From Escherichia coli (lineage in GTDB: Bacteria; Pseudomonadota; Gammaproteobacteria; Enterobacterales; Enterobacteriaceae): a stretch of 64,000 nucleotides of DNA. Within the stretch, counting starts at the first letter, position 1, and every line of letters starts with the position of its first letter. Below, piece by piece: positions 23,173-34,250 of the stretch. The notes below the pieces were generated by a model, which searched no databases, was not told the DNA's origin, and saw nothing but the letters and a program-made list of their open reading frames with translations. The DNA is taken from assembly GCF_003991155.1 (NCBI RefSeq), contig NZ_CP031293.1, one strand, 5' to 3'. Both the position numbers and the translations under genes were made by a program.

Positions 23173-24189
23173 ATGAGAGTTCTGGTTACCGGTGGTAGCG
23201 GTTACATTGGAAGTCATACCTGTGTGCAATTACTGCAAAACGGTCATGATGTCATCATTCTTGATAACCTCTGTAACAGTAAGCGCAGCGTACTGCCTGT
23301 TATCGAGCGTTTAGGCGGCAAACATCCAACGTTTGTTGAAGGCGATATCCGTAACGAAGCGTTGATGACCGAGATCCTGCACGATCACGCTATCGACACC
23401 GTGATCCACTTCGCCGGGCTGAAAGCCGTTGGCGAATCGGTACAAAAACCGCTTGAATATTACGACAACAATGTCAACGGTACTCTGCGCCTGATTAGCG
23501 CCATGCGCGCCGCTAACGTCAAAAACTTTATCTTTAGCTCCTCCGCCACCGTTTATGGCGATCAGCCCAAAATTCCATATGTTGAAAGCTTCCCGACCGG
23601 CACACCGCAAAGCCCTTACGGCAAAAGCAAGCTGATGGTGGAACAGATCCTCACCGATCTGCAAAAAGCCCAGCCGGACTGGAGCATTGCCCTGCTGCGC
23701 TACTTCAACCCAGTTGGCGCGCATCCGTCGGGCGATATGGGCGAAGATCCGCAAGGCATTCCGAATAACCTGATGCCATACATCGCCCAGGTTGCTGTAG
23801 GCCGTCGCGACTCGCTGGCGATTTTTGGTAACGATTATCCGACCGAAGACGGTACTGGCGTGCGCGATTACATCCACGTAATGGATCTGGCGGACGGTCA
23901 CGTCGTAGCGATGGAAAAACTGGCGAACAAGCCAGGCGTACACATCTACAACCTCGGCGCTGGCGTGGGCAGCAGCGTGCTGGACGTGGTTAATGCCTTC
24001 AGCAAAGCCTGCGGCAAACCGGTTAATTATCATTTTGCACCGCGTCGCGAGGGCGACCTTCCGGCCTACTGGGCTGACGCCAGCAAAGCCGACCGTGAAC
24101 TGAACTGGCGCGTAACGCGCACACTCGATGAAATGGCGCAGGACACCTGGCACTGGCAGTCACGCCATCCACAGGGATATCCCGATTAA
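23173..24189 (+). CDS. galE: UDP-glucose 4-epimerase
   Basis: ATG 23173 MRVLVTGGSGYIGSH (Rossmann GxxGxxG), 338 aa. Confidence 0.95.
   Translation: MRVLVTGGSGYIGSHTCVQLLQNGHDVIILDNLCNSKRSVLPVIERLGGKHPTFVEGDIRNEALMTEILHDHAIDTVIHFAGLKAVGESVQKPLEYYDNNVNGTLRLISAMRAANVKNFIFSSSATVYGDQPKIPYVESFPTGTPQSPYGKSKLMVEQILTDLQKAQPDWSIALLRYFNPVGAHPSGDMGEDPQGIPNNLMPYIAQVAVGRRDSLAIFGNDYPTEDGTGVRDYIHVMDLADGHVVAMEKLANKPGVHIYNLGAGVGSSVLDVVNAFSKACGKPVNYHFAPRREGDLPAYWADASKADRELNWRVTRTLDEMAQDTWHWQSRHPQGYPD
23192..23207 (+). promoter_or_regulatory. gal operator OI (intragenic, inside galE)
   Basis: gtggtagcggttacat about 113 bp downstream of OE, the spacing expected for GalR looping. Confidence 0.8.
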
Positions 24190-24198
24190 GGAACGACC

Positions 24199-25245
24199 AT
24201 GACGCAATTTAATCCCGTTGATCATCCACATCGCCGCTACAACCCGCTCACCGGGCAATGGATTCTGGTTTCACCGCACCGCGCTAAGCGCCCCTGGCAG
24301 GGGGCGCAGGAAACGCCAGCCAAACAGGTGTTACCTGCGCACGATCCAGATTGCTTCCTCTGCGCAGGTAATGTGCGGGTGACTGGCGATAAAAACCCCG
24401 ATTACACCGGGACTTACGTTTTCACTAATGACTTTGCGGCCTTGATGTCTGACACGCCAGATGCGCCAGAAAGCAACGATCCGCTAATGCGTTGCCAGAG
24501 CGCGCGCGGTACCAGCCGGGTGATCTGCTTTTCACCGGATCACAGTAAAACGTTGCCAGAACTGAGCGTTGCGGCATTGACGGAAATCGTCAAAACCTGG
24601 CAGGAGCAAACCGCAGAGCTGGGAAAAACGTACCCGTGGGTACAGGTCTTTGAAAACAAAGGCGCGGCGATGGGCTGCTCTAACCCGCATCCGCACGGAC
24701 AGATTTGGGCAAATAGCTTCCTGCCTAACGAAGCTGAGCGCGAAGACCGCCTGCAAAAAGAATATTTTGCCGAACAGAAATCACCAATGCTGGTGGATTA
24801 TGTTCAGCGCGAGCTGGCAGACGGTAGCCGTACCGTTGTCGAAACCGAACACTGGTTAGCCGTTGTACCTTACTGGGCTGCCTGGCCGTTCGAAACGCTA
24901 CTGCTGCCCAAAGCCCACGTTTTGCGGATCACCGATTTGACCGACGCCCAGCGCAGCGATTTGGCACTGACGTTGAAAAAGCTGACCAGTCGTTATGACA
25001 ACCTCTTCCAGTGCTCCTTCCCCTACTCTATGGGCTGGCACGGCGCGCCATTTAATGGCGAAGAGAATCAACACTGGCAGCTGCACGCGCACTTTTATCC
25101 GCCTCTGTTGCGCTCCGCCACCGTACGTAAATTTATGGTTGGTTATGAAATGCTGGCAGAAACCCAGCGAGACCTGACCGCAGAACAGGCAGCAGAGCGT
25201 TTGCGCGCAGTCAGCGATATCCATTTTCGCGAATCCGGAGTGTAA
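24199..25245 (+). CDS. galT: Galactose-1-phosphate uridylyltransferase
   Basis: 348 aa; HIT-like motif region, CFLC zinc site. Confidence 0.95.
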   Translation: MTQFNPVDHPHRRYNPLTGQWILVSPHRAKRPWQGAQETPAKQVLPAHDPDCFLCAGNVRVTGDKNPDYTGTYVFTNDFAALMSDTPDAPESNDPLMRCQSARGTSRVICFSPDHSKTLPELSVAALTEIVKTWQEQTAELGKTYPWVQVFENKGAAMGCSNPHPHGQIWANSFLPNEAEREDRLQKEYFAEQKSPMLVDYVQRELADGSRTVVETEHWLAVVPYWAAWPFETLLLPKAHVLRITDLTDAQRSDLALTLKKLTSRYDNLFQCSFPYSMGWHGAPFNGEENQHWQLHAHFYPPLLRSATVRKFMVGYEMLAETQRDLTAEQAAERLRAVSDIHFRESGV

Positions 25246-25248
25246 GAA

Positions 25249-26397
25249 ATGAGTCTGAAAGAAAAAACACAATCTCTGTTTGCCAACGCATTTGGCTACC
25301 CTGCCACTCACACCATTCAGGCGCCTGGCCGCGTGAATTTGATTGGTGAACACACCGACTACAACGACGGTTTCGTTCTGCCCTGCGCGATTGATTATCA
25401 AACCGTGATCAGTTGTGCACCACGCGATGACCGTAAAGTTCGCGTGATGGCAGCCGATTATGAAAATCAGCTCGACGAGTTTTCCCTTGATGCGCCCATT
25501 ATCGCGCATGAAAACTATCAATGGGCGAACTACGTTCGTGGCGTGGTGAAACATCTGCAACTGCGTAACAACAGCTTCGGCGGTGTGGACATGGTGATCA
25601 GCGGCAATGTGCCGCAGGGAGCCGGGTTAAGTTCTTCCGCTTCACTGGAAGTCGCGGTCGGAACCGTATTGCAGCAGCTTTATCATCTGCCGCTGGACGG
25701 CGCACAAATCGCGCTTAATGGTCAGGAAGCAGAAAACCAGTTTGTAGGCTGTAACTGTGGAATCATGGATCAACTGATTTCCGCGCTCGGCAAGAAAGAT
25801 CATGCCTTGCTGATCGATTGCCGCTCACTGGGGACCAAAGCTGTTTCCATGCCGAAAGGCGTGGCTGTCGTCATCATCAACAGTAACTTCAAACGTACCC
25901 TGGTTGGCAGCGAATACAACACCCGTCGTGAACAGTGCGAAACCGGTGCGCGTTTCTTCCAGCAGCCAGCGCTGCGCGATGTCACCATTGAAGAGTTCAA
26001 CGCTGTTGCGCATGAACTGGACCCAATCGTGGCGAAACGCGTGCGTCATATCCTGACTGAAAACGCCCGCACCGTTGAAGCTGCCAGCGCGCTGGAGCAA
26101 GGCGACCTGAAACGTATGGGCGAGTTGATGGCGGAGTCTCATGCCTCTATGCGCGATGATTTCGAAATCACCGTGCCGCAAATTGACACTCTGGTAGAAA
26201 TCGTCAAAGCTGTGATTGGCGACAAAGGTGGCGTACGCATGACCGGCGGCGGATTTGGCGGCTGCATCGTCGCGCTGATCCCGGAAGAGCTGGTGCCTGC
26301 AGTACAGCAAGCTGTCGCTGAACAATATGAAGCAAAAACAGGTATTAAAGAGACTTTTTACGTTTGTAAACCATCACAAGGAGCAGGACAGTGCTGA
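25249..26397 (+). CDS. galK: Galactokinase
   Basis: 382 aa; GHMP kinase motif [11 protein letters not shown]. Confidence 0.95.
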   Translation: MSLKEKTQSLFANAFGYPATHTIQAPGRVNLIGEHTDYNDGFVLPCAIDYQTVISCAPRDDRKVRVMAADYENQLDEFSLDAPIIAHENYQWANYVRGVVKHLQLRNNSFGGVDMVISGNVPQGAGLSSSASLEVAVGTVLQQLYHLPLDGAQIALNGQEAENQFVGCNCGIMDQLISALGKKDHALLIDCRSLGTKAVSMPKGVAVVIINSNFKRTLVGSEYNTRREQCETGARFFQQPALRDVTIEEFNAVAHELDPIVAKRVRHILTENARTVEAASALEQGDLKRMGELMAESHASMRDDFEITVPQIDTLVEIVKAVIGDKGGVRMTGGGFGGCIVALIPEELVPAVQQAVAEQYEAKTGIKETFYVCKPSQGAGQC

Positions 26398-27431
26398 ACG
26401 AAACTCCCGCACTGGCACCCGATGGTCAGCCGTACCGACTGTTAACTTTGCGTAACAACGCAGGGATGGTAGTCACGCTGATGGACTGGGGTGCGACTTT
26501 ACTTTCCGCCCGTATTCCGCTTTCCGATGGCAGCGTCCGCGAGGCGCTGCTTGGCTGCGCCAGCCCGGAATGCTATCAGGATCAGGCCGCATTTCTGGGG
26601 GCCTCTATTGGTCGTTATGCCAACCGCATCGCCAATAGCCGTTATACCTTTGACGGTGAAACCGTGACGCTTTCGCCAAGTCAGGGCGTTAACCAGCTGC
26701 ACGGCGGCCCGGAAGGGTTCGACAAACGTCGCTGGCAGATTGTGAACCAGAATGATCGTCAGGTGCTATTTGCCCTGAGTTCAGATGATGGCGATCAGGG
26801 CTTCCCGGGTAATCTCGGCGCGACGGTGCAATATCGTCTGACCGACGATAACCGTATCTCCATTACTTATCGCGCCACAGTTGATAAACCTTGCCCGGTG
26901 AATATGACTAATCACGTCTATTTCAATCTTGACGGCGAGCAGTCTGACGCGCGCAATCATAAGTTGCAGATTCTGGCGGACGAATATCTGCCGGTTGATG
27001 AAGGCGGCATTCCGCACGACGGTCTGAAATCTGTCGCCGGAACCTCTTTTGATTTCCGCAGCGCCAAAATCATCGCCAGTGAGTTTCTTGCCGACGACGA
27101 TCAGCGCAAAGTGAAAGGTTACGATCACGCGTTCTTGTTACAGGCCAAAGGCAATGGCAAGAAAGTGGCGGCGCATGTCTGGTCAGCAGATGAAAAATTG
27201 CAGCTGAAGGTCTACACCACCGCTCCGGCTCTGCAATTCTACTCCGGCAACTTCCTCGGCGGCACACCGTCGCGGGGAACCGAACCTTACGCCGACTGGC
27301 AAGGGCTGGCTCTGGAAAGCGAGTTTCTGCCGGACAGCCCGAACCACCCTGAATGGCCGCAACCGGACTGCTTCCTGCGTCCTGGCGAAGAGTATTCCAG
27401 CCTGACGGAATATCAGTTTATTGCTCAGTAA
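26391..27431 (+). CDS. galM: Aldose 1-epimerase (galactose mutarotase)
   Basis: 346 aa; GTG start overlapping galK 3' end by 7 nt. Confidence 0.93.
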   Translation: MLNETPALAPDGQPYRLLTLRNNAGMVVTLMDWGATLLSARIPLSDGSVREALLGCASPECYQDQAAFLGASIGRYANRIANSRYTFDGETVTLSPSQGVNQLHGGPEGFDKRRWQIVNQNDRQVLFALSSDDGDQGFPGNLGATVQYRLTDDNRISITYRATVDKPCPVNMTNHVYFNLDGEQSDARNHKLQILADEYLPVDEGGIPHDGLKSVAGTSFDFRSAKIIASEFLADDDQRKVKGYDHAFLLQAKGNGKKVAAHVWSADEKLQLKVYTTAPALQFYSGNFLGGTPSRGTEPYADWQGLALESEFLPDSPNHPEWPQPDCFLRPGEEYSSLTEYQFIAQ

Positions 27432-27587
27432 TGTTAAGCCCTCGTCATGAGGGCTTTATCCTCATATTGTTCAAATCACCAGCAAACACCGACATATTTG
27501 CAACTCAATATTCACAACAACCTTACACTGCGACACTATTTTCGCTATGGTTATGCGTAAGCATTGCTGTTGCTTCGTCACGGCAAT

Positions 27588-27606
27588 ATAATGAGAATTA
27601 TTATCA
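27588..27606. promoter_or_regulatory. Fur-box-like site upstream of gpmA
   Basis: ataatgagaattattatca resembles GATAATGATAATCATTATC consensus, about 30 bp upstream of gpmA start. Confidence 0.55.
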
Positions 27607-27633
27607 TTAAAAGATGATTTGAGGAGTAAGTAT

Positions 27634-28386
27634 ATGGCTGTAACTAAGCTGGTTCTGGTTCGTCATGGCGAAAGTCAGTGGAACAAAGAAAACCGTTTCA
27701 CCGGTTGGTACGACGTGGATCTGTCTGAGAAAGGCGTAAGCGAAGCAAAAGCAGCAGGTAAGCTGCTGAAAGAGGAAGGTTACAGCTTTGACTTTGCTTA
27801 CACCTCTGTGCTGAAACGCGCTATTCATACCCTGTGGAATGTGCTGGACGAACTGGATCAGGCATGGCTGCCCGTTGAGAAATCCTGGAAACTGAACGAA
27901 CGTCACTACGGTGCGTTGCAGGGTCTGAACAAAGCGGAAACTGCAGAAAAGTATGGCGACGAGCAGGTTAAACAGTGGCGTCGTGGTTTTGCGGTGACTC
28001 CGCCGGAACTGACTAAAGATGATGAGCGTTATCCGGGTCACGATCCGCGTTACGCGAAACTGAGCGAGAAAGAGCTGCCGCTGACGGAAAGCCTGGCGCT
28101 GACCATTGACCGCGTGATCCCTTACTGGAATGAAACTATTCTGCCACGTATGAAGAGCGGTGAGCGCGTAATCATCGCTGCACACGGTAACTCTCTGCGT
28201 GCGCTGGTGAAATATCTCGATAACATGAGCGAAGAAGAGATTCTTGAGCTGAATATCCCGACCGGCGTGCCGTTGGTTTACGAATTTGACGAGAACTTCA
28301 AACCGCTGAAACGCTATTATCTGGGTAATGCTGACGAGATCGCAGCAAAAGCAGCTGCTGTTGCTAACCAGGGTAAAGCGAAATAA
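27634..28386 (+). CDS. gpmA: 2,3-bisphosphoglycerate-dependent phosphoglycerate mutase
   Basis: ATG 27634 [17 protein letters not shown] (RHGE catalytic His motif), 250 aa. Confidence 0.95.
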
Positions 28387-28410
28387 ACGTCATTCGCTTA
28401 AAAATGAGAA

Positions 28411-28440
28411 AGCCGACTGCAAGTGAGTCGGCTTTTTTGT
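28411..28440 (+). terminator. Rho-independent terminator after gpmA
   Basis: agccgact..agtcggct stem followed by ttttttgt. Confidence 0.7.
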
Positions 28441-28467
28441 TTGTCGTTGCTAACAATGGAGCACATT

Positions 28468-28503
28468 GCCTGATGCGACGCTGCGCGTCTTATCAGGGCT
28501 GCA
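28468..28503. repeat. REP-like extragenic palindrome between gpmA and aroG
   Basis: gcctgatgcgacgctgcgcgtcttatcagggct resembles REP consensus GCCGGATGCGGCG..CTTATCCGGCCT. Confidence 0.5.
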
Positions 28504-28533
28504 AACGTACAGTCATGGCGATTCGACTATAAA

Positions 28534-29586
28534 TTACCCGCGACGCGCTTTTACTGCATTCGCCAGTTGACGTAACAGAGCATCGGTATCATCCCAGCCA
28601 ATGCAGGCATCGGTGATGCTCTTGCCATAGGCCAGCGGTTCCCCACTCTCGAGGCTCTGATTGCCTTCCACCAAATGGCTTTCCACCATCACGCCAATAA
28701 TAGCCTTTTCGCCACCGGCAATCTGCTGGCAAACGTCAGCACAAACATCCATCTGCTTTTTGAATTGTTTGGACGAGTTGGCGTGGCTGAAATCGATCAT
28801 CACCTGCGCTGGCAGACCTGCTTTGTTCAGCCCTTCTTTCACTTCAGCAACGTGCTTCGCGCTGTAGTTAGGCTCTTTACCGCCGCGCAGAATGATATGG
28901 CAATCGCCGTTACCGCTGGTATTCACAATCGCCGAATGCCCCCATTTCGTTACGGACAGGAAGCAGTGCGGCGCACCGGCGGCATTAATAGCATCGATAG
29001 CCACTTTAATCGTACCATCAGTGCCATTTTTGAAGCCTACCGGACAAGAAAGACCAGACGCCAGTTCGCGGTGCACCTGCGATTCCGTAGTACGTGCGCC
29101 AATTGCGCCCCAGCTCATCAGGTCAGCGAGATATTGTGGAGTGATCATATCCAGGAATTCACCCGCCGCTGGCAGACCGCTGTCGTTAATATCGAGCAGC
29201 AATTTGCGGGCAATACGCAGACCGTCGTTGATCTGGAAGCTGTTATCCATATGCGGATCGTTAATCAGCCCTTTCCAGCCCACCGTAGTACGCGGCTTTT
29301 CAAAATAGACGCGCATTACGATTTCCAGCTCATCTTTCAGCTCTTCACGCAGCGCCAGCAAGCGAGTGGCATACTCTTTTGCTGCGACAGGATCATGAAT
29401 TGAGCATGGGCCAATCACCACCAACAGGCGATCATCATTACCTTTTAGGATCTTATGGATCGCTTTTCGGGCATGGGCAACCGTATTCGCGGCATTTTCA
29501 GTAGCGGGGAATTTTTCCAGCAATGCGACAGGAGGAAGTAACTCTTTGATTTCTTTGATGCGTAAATCGTCGTTCTGATAATTCAT
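28534..29586 (-). CDS. aroG: Phe-sensitive DAHP synthase
   Basis: 350-aa translation MNYQNDDLRIKEIKELLPP. Confidence 0.95.
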   Translation of the reverse strand: MNYQNDDLRIKEIKELLPPVALLEKFPATENAANTVAHARKAIHKILKGNDDRLLVVIGPCSIHDPVAAKEYATRLLALREELKDELEIVMRVYFEKPRTTVGWKGLINDPHMDNSFQINDGLRIARKLLLDINDSGLPAAGEFLDMITPQYLADLMSWGAIGARTTESQVHRELASGLSCPVGFKNGTDGTIKVAIDAINAAGAPHCFLSVTKWGHSAIVNTSGNGDCHIILRGGKEPNYSAKHVAEVKEGLNKAGLPAQVMIDFSHANSSKQFKKQMDVCADVCQQIAGGEKAIIGVMVESHLVEGNQSLESGEPLAYGKSITDACIGWDDTDALLRQLANAVKARRG

Positions 29587-29656
29587 GTCTGTTCCAGTGT
29601 TGCCATACTTATCTTAGTGAATGCAATACTTCCAATCTATATCTTCCGTCAGAATG

Positions 29657-29674
29657 TGTAAACGGGGTTTTACA
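29657..29674. promoter_or_regulatory. TyrR box upstream of aroG
   Basis: tgtaaacggggttttaca = TGTAAA-N6-TTTACA perfect consensus, about 70 bp upstream of aroG start. Confidence 0.75.
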
Positions 29675-29901
29675 CTATGAACGGATTAATCCTGGAATTA
29701 GCAAGAAAAACGCCAGATTGTCGCGAAAAACGAGATCTCTCCTACAATTTCTAACTGTAACTCCTTTGTTTGTTAATTATTTCAAGATTCTCTGCTGGGT
29801 ATCTTTGCCTGGCTGAAATCTTAAACCATTGCCTTATATTCACCTGCAAATGCACTGTTGGAAGAGGTTATCCGACATAACGACCATAACAGGAGCATCC
29901 T

Positions 29902-30282
29902 ATGAAAATGACAAAACTGGCCACACTATTTTTGACTGCCACTCTAAGCCTTGCCAGCGGTGCCGCACTGGCTGCCGATAGCGGAGCGCAAAGCAATAAC
30001 GGCCAGGCAAACGCCGCAGCTGATGCGGGCCAGGTAGCCCCTGATGCCCGTGAAAATGTCGCGCCAAATAACGTCGACAATAACGGGGTAAATACCGGTT
30101 CTGGCGGCACAATGCTGCATCCGGATGGTTCTTCAATGAACAATGACGGCATGACCAAAGATGAAGAGCACAAGAACACCATGTGCAAAGATGGTCGCTG
30201 CCCGGATATCAATAAAAAAGTCCAAACCGGTGATGGCATCAACAATGATGTCGATACCAAAACCGACGGTACCACGCAGTAA
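29902..30282 (+). CDS. ybgS: Secreted glycine/asparagine-rich small protein
   Basis: 126 aa with signal peptide [24 protein letters not shown]. Confidence 0.85.
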   Translation: MKMTKLATLFLTATLSLASGAALAADSGAQSNNGQANAAADAGQVAPDARENVAPNNVDNNGVNTGSGGTMLHPDGSSMNNDGMTKDEEHKNTMCKDGRCPDINKKVQTGDGINNDVDTKTDGTTQ

Positions 30283-30303
30283 CCCTGCGAAATAGCCAAT
30301 AAT

Positions 30304-30335
30304 GGGAGAGCGGAGTCTCTCCCTTTTAATTTTTC
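30304..30335 (+). terminator. Rho-independent terminator after ybgS
   Basis: gggagagcggagtctctccc hairpin followed by ttttaattttt. Confidence 0.65.
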
Positions 30336-30395
30336 CCTTCTAAAAGCAGTATGATGTCATAAAGTTAAGTGAGAATAATTAAGGGATGACTCGTC

Positions 30396-31337
30396 ATGGC
30401 GCACTCACACTCACACACTTCCTCACACCTGCCAGAAGATAATAATGCTCGTCGCTTGTTGTATGCTTTCGGCGTGACTGCCGGGTTTATGCTCGTAGAA
30501 GTCATTGGTGGTTTTCTTTCCGGTTCTCTGGCATTGCTGGCCGATGCAGGTCATATGTTGACCGATACTGCCGCCCTGCTTTTCGCCCTACTCGCCGTGC
30601 AATTTTCACGTCGTCCTCCCACCATTCGCCACACTTTCGGTTGGCTAAGATTGACCACGCTCGCGGCGTTTGTGAATGCCATCGCCCTGGTGGTAATTAC
30701 CATTTTGATTGTCTGGGAGGCGATAGAACGCTTCCGCGCGCCGCGTCCGGTCGAGGGCGGCATGATGATGGCAATTGCCGTGGCTGGATTGCTGGCAAAT
30801 ATACTTTCTTTCTGGTTACTTCATCACGGCAGCGAAGAGAAAAACCTCAACGTGCGAGCAGCGGCACTGCATGTGCTCGGGGACCTGCTGGGTTCGGTTG
30901 GGGCTATTATTGCCGCGTTGATTATTATCTGGACCGGCTGGACACCTGCTGACCCCATTCTCTCAATACTGGTGTCGCTTCTGGTTCTGCGTAGCGCTTG
31001 GCGACTGTTGAAAGATAGCGTGAATGAATTACTTGAAGGTGCACCGGTATCGCTGGATATCGCTGAACTGAAGCGTCGTATGTGCCGGGAAATCCCGGAA
31101 GTCCGCAATGTGCACCATGTACATGTATGGATGGTAGGCGAGAAACCGGTGATGACGCTGCATGTGCAGGTGATCCCGCCACACGATCACGATGCCTTGT
31201 TGGATCAGATCCAACACTACCTGATGGATCACTATCAGATTGAGCACGCCACCATTCAGATGGAATATCAACCTTGTCATGGGCCAGACTGCCACCTGAA
31301 TGAAGGGGTGTCTGGCCATTCACATCATCACCATTAA
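30396..31337 (+). CDS. zitB: Cation-diffusion-facilitator zinc exporter
   Basis: 313 aa; His-rich N- and C-termini ([16 protein letters not shown]), CDF transmembrane core. Confidence 0.93.
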   Translation: MAHSHSHTSSHLPEDNNARRLLYAFGVTAGFMLVEVIGGFLSGSLALLADAGHMLTDTAALLFALLAVQFSRRPPTIRHTFGWLRLTTLAAFVNAIALVVITILIVWEAIERFRAPRPVEGGMMMAIAVAGLLANILSFWLLHHGSEEKNLNVRAAALHVLGDLLGSVGAIIAALIIIWTGWTPADPILSILVSLLVLRSAWRLLKDSVNELLEGAPVSLDIAELKRRMCREIPEVRNVHHVHVWMVGEKPVMTLHVQVIPPHDHDALLDQIQHYLMDHYQIEHATIQMEYQPCHGPDCHLNEGVSGHSHHHH

Positions 31338-32053
31338 TGGGACAGCGCGCGTGAGCCTCTTTCGCGTGCGCTGTTGATCCACATCCGGCTGCCGTTGAGC
31401 GCAATAAAGGTCAGGATGATGTACTCCAGAGACATGGCGTAAACGCCCTGAAGTGCAAAAATAACGACGCTAATCACGTTAATAATCACCCACAACAGCC
31501 AGTTTTCCACATATTTACGCGTCATCAGAATCATTGCCACGATAGATAACACCATCATGCAGGAATCCCAGAACGGGAAAGCGTCCGGTTGCAGTTCAGG
31601 CATCGCAACCTGTAATCCTAATGCTTGCATGATGATGACTGCCACGCGGGTCAAAAATGCAAACACCGGATTGATAAATACCGTCATCAGACCAATCGAA
31701 ACAACGCAAACCGCCAACCAGCTTAGCGCCTTCGGCAATGGCAACCAGCGAATTTTCAACTCCGCCTCGTTCTGACTGGTTTGTCGCGACCACGCATACC
31801 AACCGTAAATATTCGCGGCAAAGAAAAACACCTGTAATAGCAGGCTGGCATACAGCTGAATCTGAAAGAAAATAATGCCAAACAAGGTGACGTTGATCAG
31901 GCCAAAAAAGTAGTTGCTGATCTTCTCCAGACTGGCAAGGCCAATACACAGCAACCCGGCGATTGTGCCTACCGCTTCGATCCATGAGAGATCATAACCG
32001 CCTGCCCCTATTGGTATATGTACCAGGATATTCTGCACACTAAAAAAATCCAT
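31334..32053 (-). CDS. pnuC: Nicotinamide riboside transporter
   Basis: 239-aa hydrophobic protein; 3' end converges on and overlaps zitB stop by 4 nt. Confidence 0.92.
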   Translation of the reverse strand: MDFFSVQNILVHIPIGAGGYDLSWIEAVGTIAGLLCIGLASLEKISNYFFGLINVTLFGIIFFQIQLYASLLLQVFFFAANIYGWYAWSRQTSQNEAELKIRWLPLPKALSWLAVCVVSIGLMTVFINPVFAFLTRVAVIIMQALGLQVAMPELQPDAFPFWDSCMMVLSIVAMILMTRKYVENWLLWVIINVISVVIFALQGVYAMSLEYIILTFIALNGSRMWINSARERGSRALSH

Positions 32054-32090
32054 CTTTCCCCCAAAGCGTAACGTTACGCCTTATTATTCG

Positions 32091-33134
32091 TTATCCACGT
32101 AGTGTAGCCGCAAATTCCAGCATACGATTGAGCGGCACCAGCGCCCTCTCTCGCAGCCTTTCATCAACATGAACCTCGTGATTGCTTCCTTCCTGTTCTA
32201 ATGCCTCTGCGATAGCCCGAAGGCCATTCATGGCCATCCACGGACAATGCGCGCAACTGCGGCAGGTTGCGCCCTCACCCGCGGTTGGTGCTTCCAGTAA
32301 CTCTTTATCTGGCACCGCCTGCTGCATTTTGTAGAAAATGCCCCGATCGGTTGCCACGATAAGCCGCTGATGTGGCAATGTTTTCGCAGCAGCGATCAGT
32401 TGACTGGTGGAACCGACCGCATCCGCCATATCGACAATAGCTTGTGGTGATTCTGGATGCACCAGTATGGCAGCATCCGGGTATTCTTCTTGCAAGCGGG
32501 TTAACGCCTGAGTCTTAAATTCATCATGCACAATGCAGGCACCCTGCCAGCATAAAATGTCTGCGCCCGTCTGTTTTTGCACGTAACGCCCCAGATGTTT
32601 GTCGGGTGCCCAGATGATTTTTTCACCCAAACTATCCAGATGATCAATAAGTTCGACGGCAATGCTTGAAGTTACCACCCAATCTGCCCGCGCTTTTACC
32701 GCAGCAGAAGTGTTGGCGTAGACGACGACAGTATGATCGGGATGGGCATCGCAAAATGCGTTAAATTCTTCAACAGGGCAGCCGAGATCCAGTGAACATT
32801 CAGCCTGAAGTGTCGGCATCAGAATTGTTTTTTCCGGACTGAGAATTTTGGCGGTTTCTCCCATAAATCTCACCCCCGCGACTAACAACGTAGAAGCGGG
32901 ATGCTTTGCACCGAAGCGCGCCATTTCCAGAGAATCAGAAATACAGCCACCGGTTTCTTCTGCCAGTTGTTGAATTTCGGGATCGGTGTAGTAGTGGGCA
33001 ACCATCACCGCATTACGTTCTTTTAGCAGACGTTTTATCTTCTCACGGTAATACGCTTTTTCATCAATACTTAACGGCGTCGGCTTCGGGGGGAAAGGAT
33101 AAATCGCCGCTTCAGGATCAAACATCACGCTCAT
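32091..33134 (-). CDS. nadA: Quinolinate synthase
   Basis: 347-aa translation [18 protein letters not shown]. Confidence 0.95.
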   Translation of the reverse strand: MSVMFDPEAAIYPFPPKPTPLSIDEKAYYREKIKRLLKERNAVMVAHYYTDPEIQQLAEETGGCISDSLEMARFGAKHPASTLLVAGVRFMGETAKILSPEKTILMPTLQAECSLDLGCPVEEFNAFCDAHPDHTVVVYANTSAAVKARADWVVTSSIAVELIDHLDSLGEKIIWAPDKHLGRYVQKQTGADILCWQGACIVHDEFKTQALTRLQEEYPDAAILVHPESPQAIVDMADAVGSTSQLIAAAKTLPHQRLIVATDRGIFYKMQQAVPDKELLEAPTAGEGATCRSCAHCPWMAMNGLRAIAEALEQEGSNHEVHVDERLRERALVPLNRMLEFAATLRG

Positions 33135-33206
33135 CTTACCATCTCGTTTTACAGGCTTAACGTTAAAACCGACATGAGCGTAATATTCGCTGTTATCGGT
33201 GAAATT

Positions 33207-33224
33207 TGTTTTATATGCTAAACA
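33207..33224. promoter_or_regulatory. NadR operator (NAD box) upstream of nadA-pnuC
   Basis: tgttttatatgctaaaca matches TGTTTA-N6-TAAACA palindrome, about 75 bp upstream of nadA start. Confidence 0.65.
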
Positions 33225-33350
33225 AGATAGTCGAATGGTGGGGAAAAGTCACTCGAATTACGCCTGATTCCACCGACGTAGAGTTGCTTGCACAGTAAGC
33301 TCTGACGATGTCATCAGGTTTACAAAGTGAAATTGAGGATACCTGAATAG

Positions 33351-33380
33351 CAAAAAAGCGCCTTTAGGGCGCTTTTTTAC
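33351..33380 (-). terminator. Terminator after the tRNA operon (hairpin could act bidirectionally)
   Basis: aaaaaagcgcctttagggcgctttttt: GC stem flanked by A-run and T-run, directly downstream of last tRNA. Confidence 0.7.
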
Positions 33381-33382
33381 AT

Positions 33383-33458
33383 TGGTGGGTCGTGCAGGAT
33401 TCGAACCTGCGACCAATTGATTAAAAGTCAACTGCTCTACCAACTGAGCTAACGACCC
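33383..33458 (-). tRNA. lysQ: tRNA-Lys (anticodon UUU), 76 nt including CCA
   Basis: Reverse complement equals GGGTCGTTAGCTCAGTTGGTAGAGCAGTTGACTTTTAATCAATTGGTCGCAGGTTCGAATCCTGCACGACCCACCA; gene name by order in K-12 operon. Confidence 0.95.
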
Positions 33459-33491
33459 CTTGCGGGATTATGCTGCTTTAATCATTCAGGA

Positions 33492-33567
33492 TGGTGGGTC
33501 GTGCAGGATTCGAACCTGCGACCAATTGATTAAAAGTCAACTGCTCTACCAACTGAGCTAACGACCC
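33492..33567 (-). tRNA. lysZ: tRNA-Lys (UUU)
   Basis: Identical 76-nt copy. Confidence 0.95.
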
Positions 33568-33615
33568 ATACGGGTGTTACCTGAAAGATTTCTACTCGGA
33601 ACCAATCTTTAAAAT

Positions 33616-33691
33616 TGGTGGGTCGTGCAGGATTCGAACCTGCGACCAATTGATTAAAAGTCAACTGCTCTACCAACTGAGCTAACGACCC
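33616..33691 (-). tRNA. lysY: tRNA-Lys (UUU)
   Basis: Identical 76-nt copy. Confidence 0.95.
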
Positions 33692-33694
33692 GAG

Positions 33695-33770
33695 TGGTGG
33701 GTGATGACGGGATCGAACCGCCGACCCCCTCCTTGTAAGGGAGGTGCTCTCCCAGCTGAGCTAATCACCC
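33695..33770 (-). tRNA. valZ: tRNA-Val (anticodon UAC)
   Basis: Reverse complement GGGTGATTAGCTCAGCTGGGAGAGCACCTCCCTTACAAGGAGGGGGTCGGCGGTTCGATCCCGTCATCACCCACCA. Confidence 0.95.
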
Positions 33771-33821
33771 GATACTGCGCTGGATACTACAAACTACTTC
33801 CACCGAACCCACCGTCATTAG

Positions 33822-33897
33822 TGGTGGGTCGTGCAGGATTCGAACCTGCGACCAATTGATTAAAAGTCAACTGCTCTACCAACTGAGCTAACGACCC
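33822..33897 (-). tRNA. lysW: tRNA-Lys (UUU)
   Basis: Identical 76-nt copy. Confidence 0.95.
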
Positions 33898-33899
33898 GG

Positions 33900-33975
33900 T
33901 GGTGGGTGATGACGGGATCGAACCGCCGACCCCCTCCTTGTAAGGGAGGTGCTCTCCCAGCTGAGCTAATCACCC
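33900..33975 (-). tRNA. valT: tRNA-Val (UAC)
   Basis: Identical to other Val copy. Confidence 0.95.
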
Positions 33976-34010
33976 GATACTACGCTGGATACTACAACTA
34001 ACTACGTTAG

Positions 34011-34086
34011 TGGTGGGTCGTGCAGGATTCGAACCTGCGACCAATTGATTAAAAGTCAACTGCTCTACCAACTGAGCTAACGACCC
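34011..34086 (-). tRNA. lysT: tRNA-Lys (UUU), first gene of operon
   Basis: Identical 76-nt copy. Confidence 0.95.
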
Positions 34087-34250
34087 ACTTTTTCGTTGCT
34101 TTCGGTTTGTTTGATATCCCGTGGCAACGGCGGCATATATTACTGATTTCAGACTTGAGCGCAACAAAAATTTCGATGTAGATCACTCAACTGCTTATGA
34201 TTCGCACGACACGACCAGAAATAATGCGACTTCTGGTCGTGTGTTATGCA

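Noticed and set aside
23311-24153. 280-aa minus-strand ORF inside galE, and similar large antisense ORFs inside bioA, ybhA, aroG, cydA and glmE
   Set aside because: Each is fully contained in a well-supported gene on the opposite strand with recognisable motifs; typical antisense ORFs in GC-rich coding DNA.
33258-34167. Two ORFs (61 and 65 aa) on the minus strand around 33.3 and 34.0 kb
   Set aside because: They run through tRNA-Lys/Val sequences (translations contain LVAGSNPARPT from the tRNA body); artefacts of six-frame translation.
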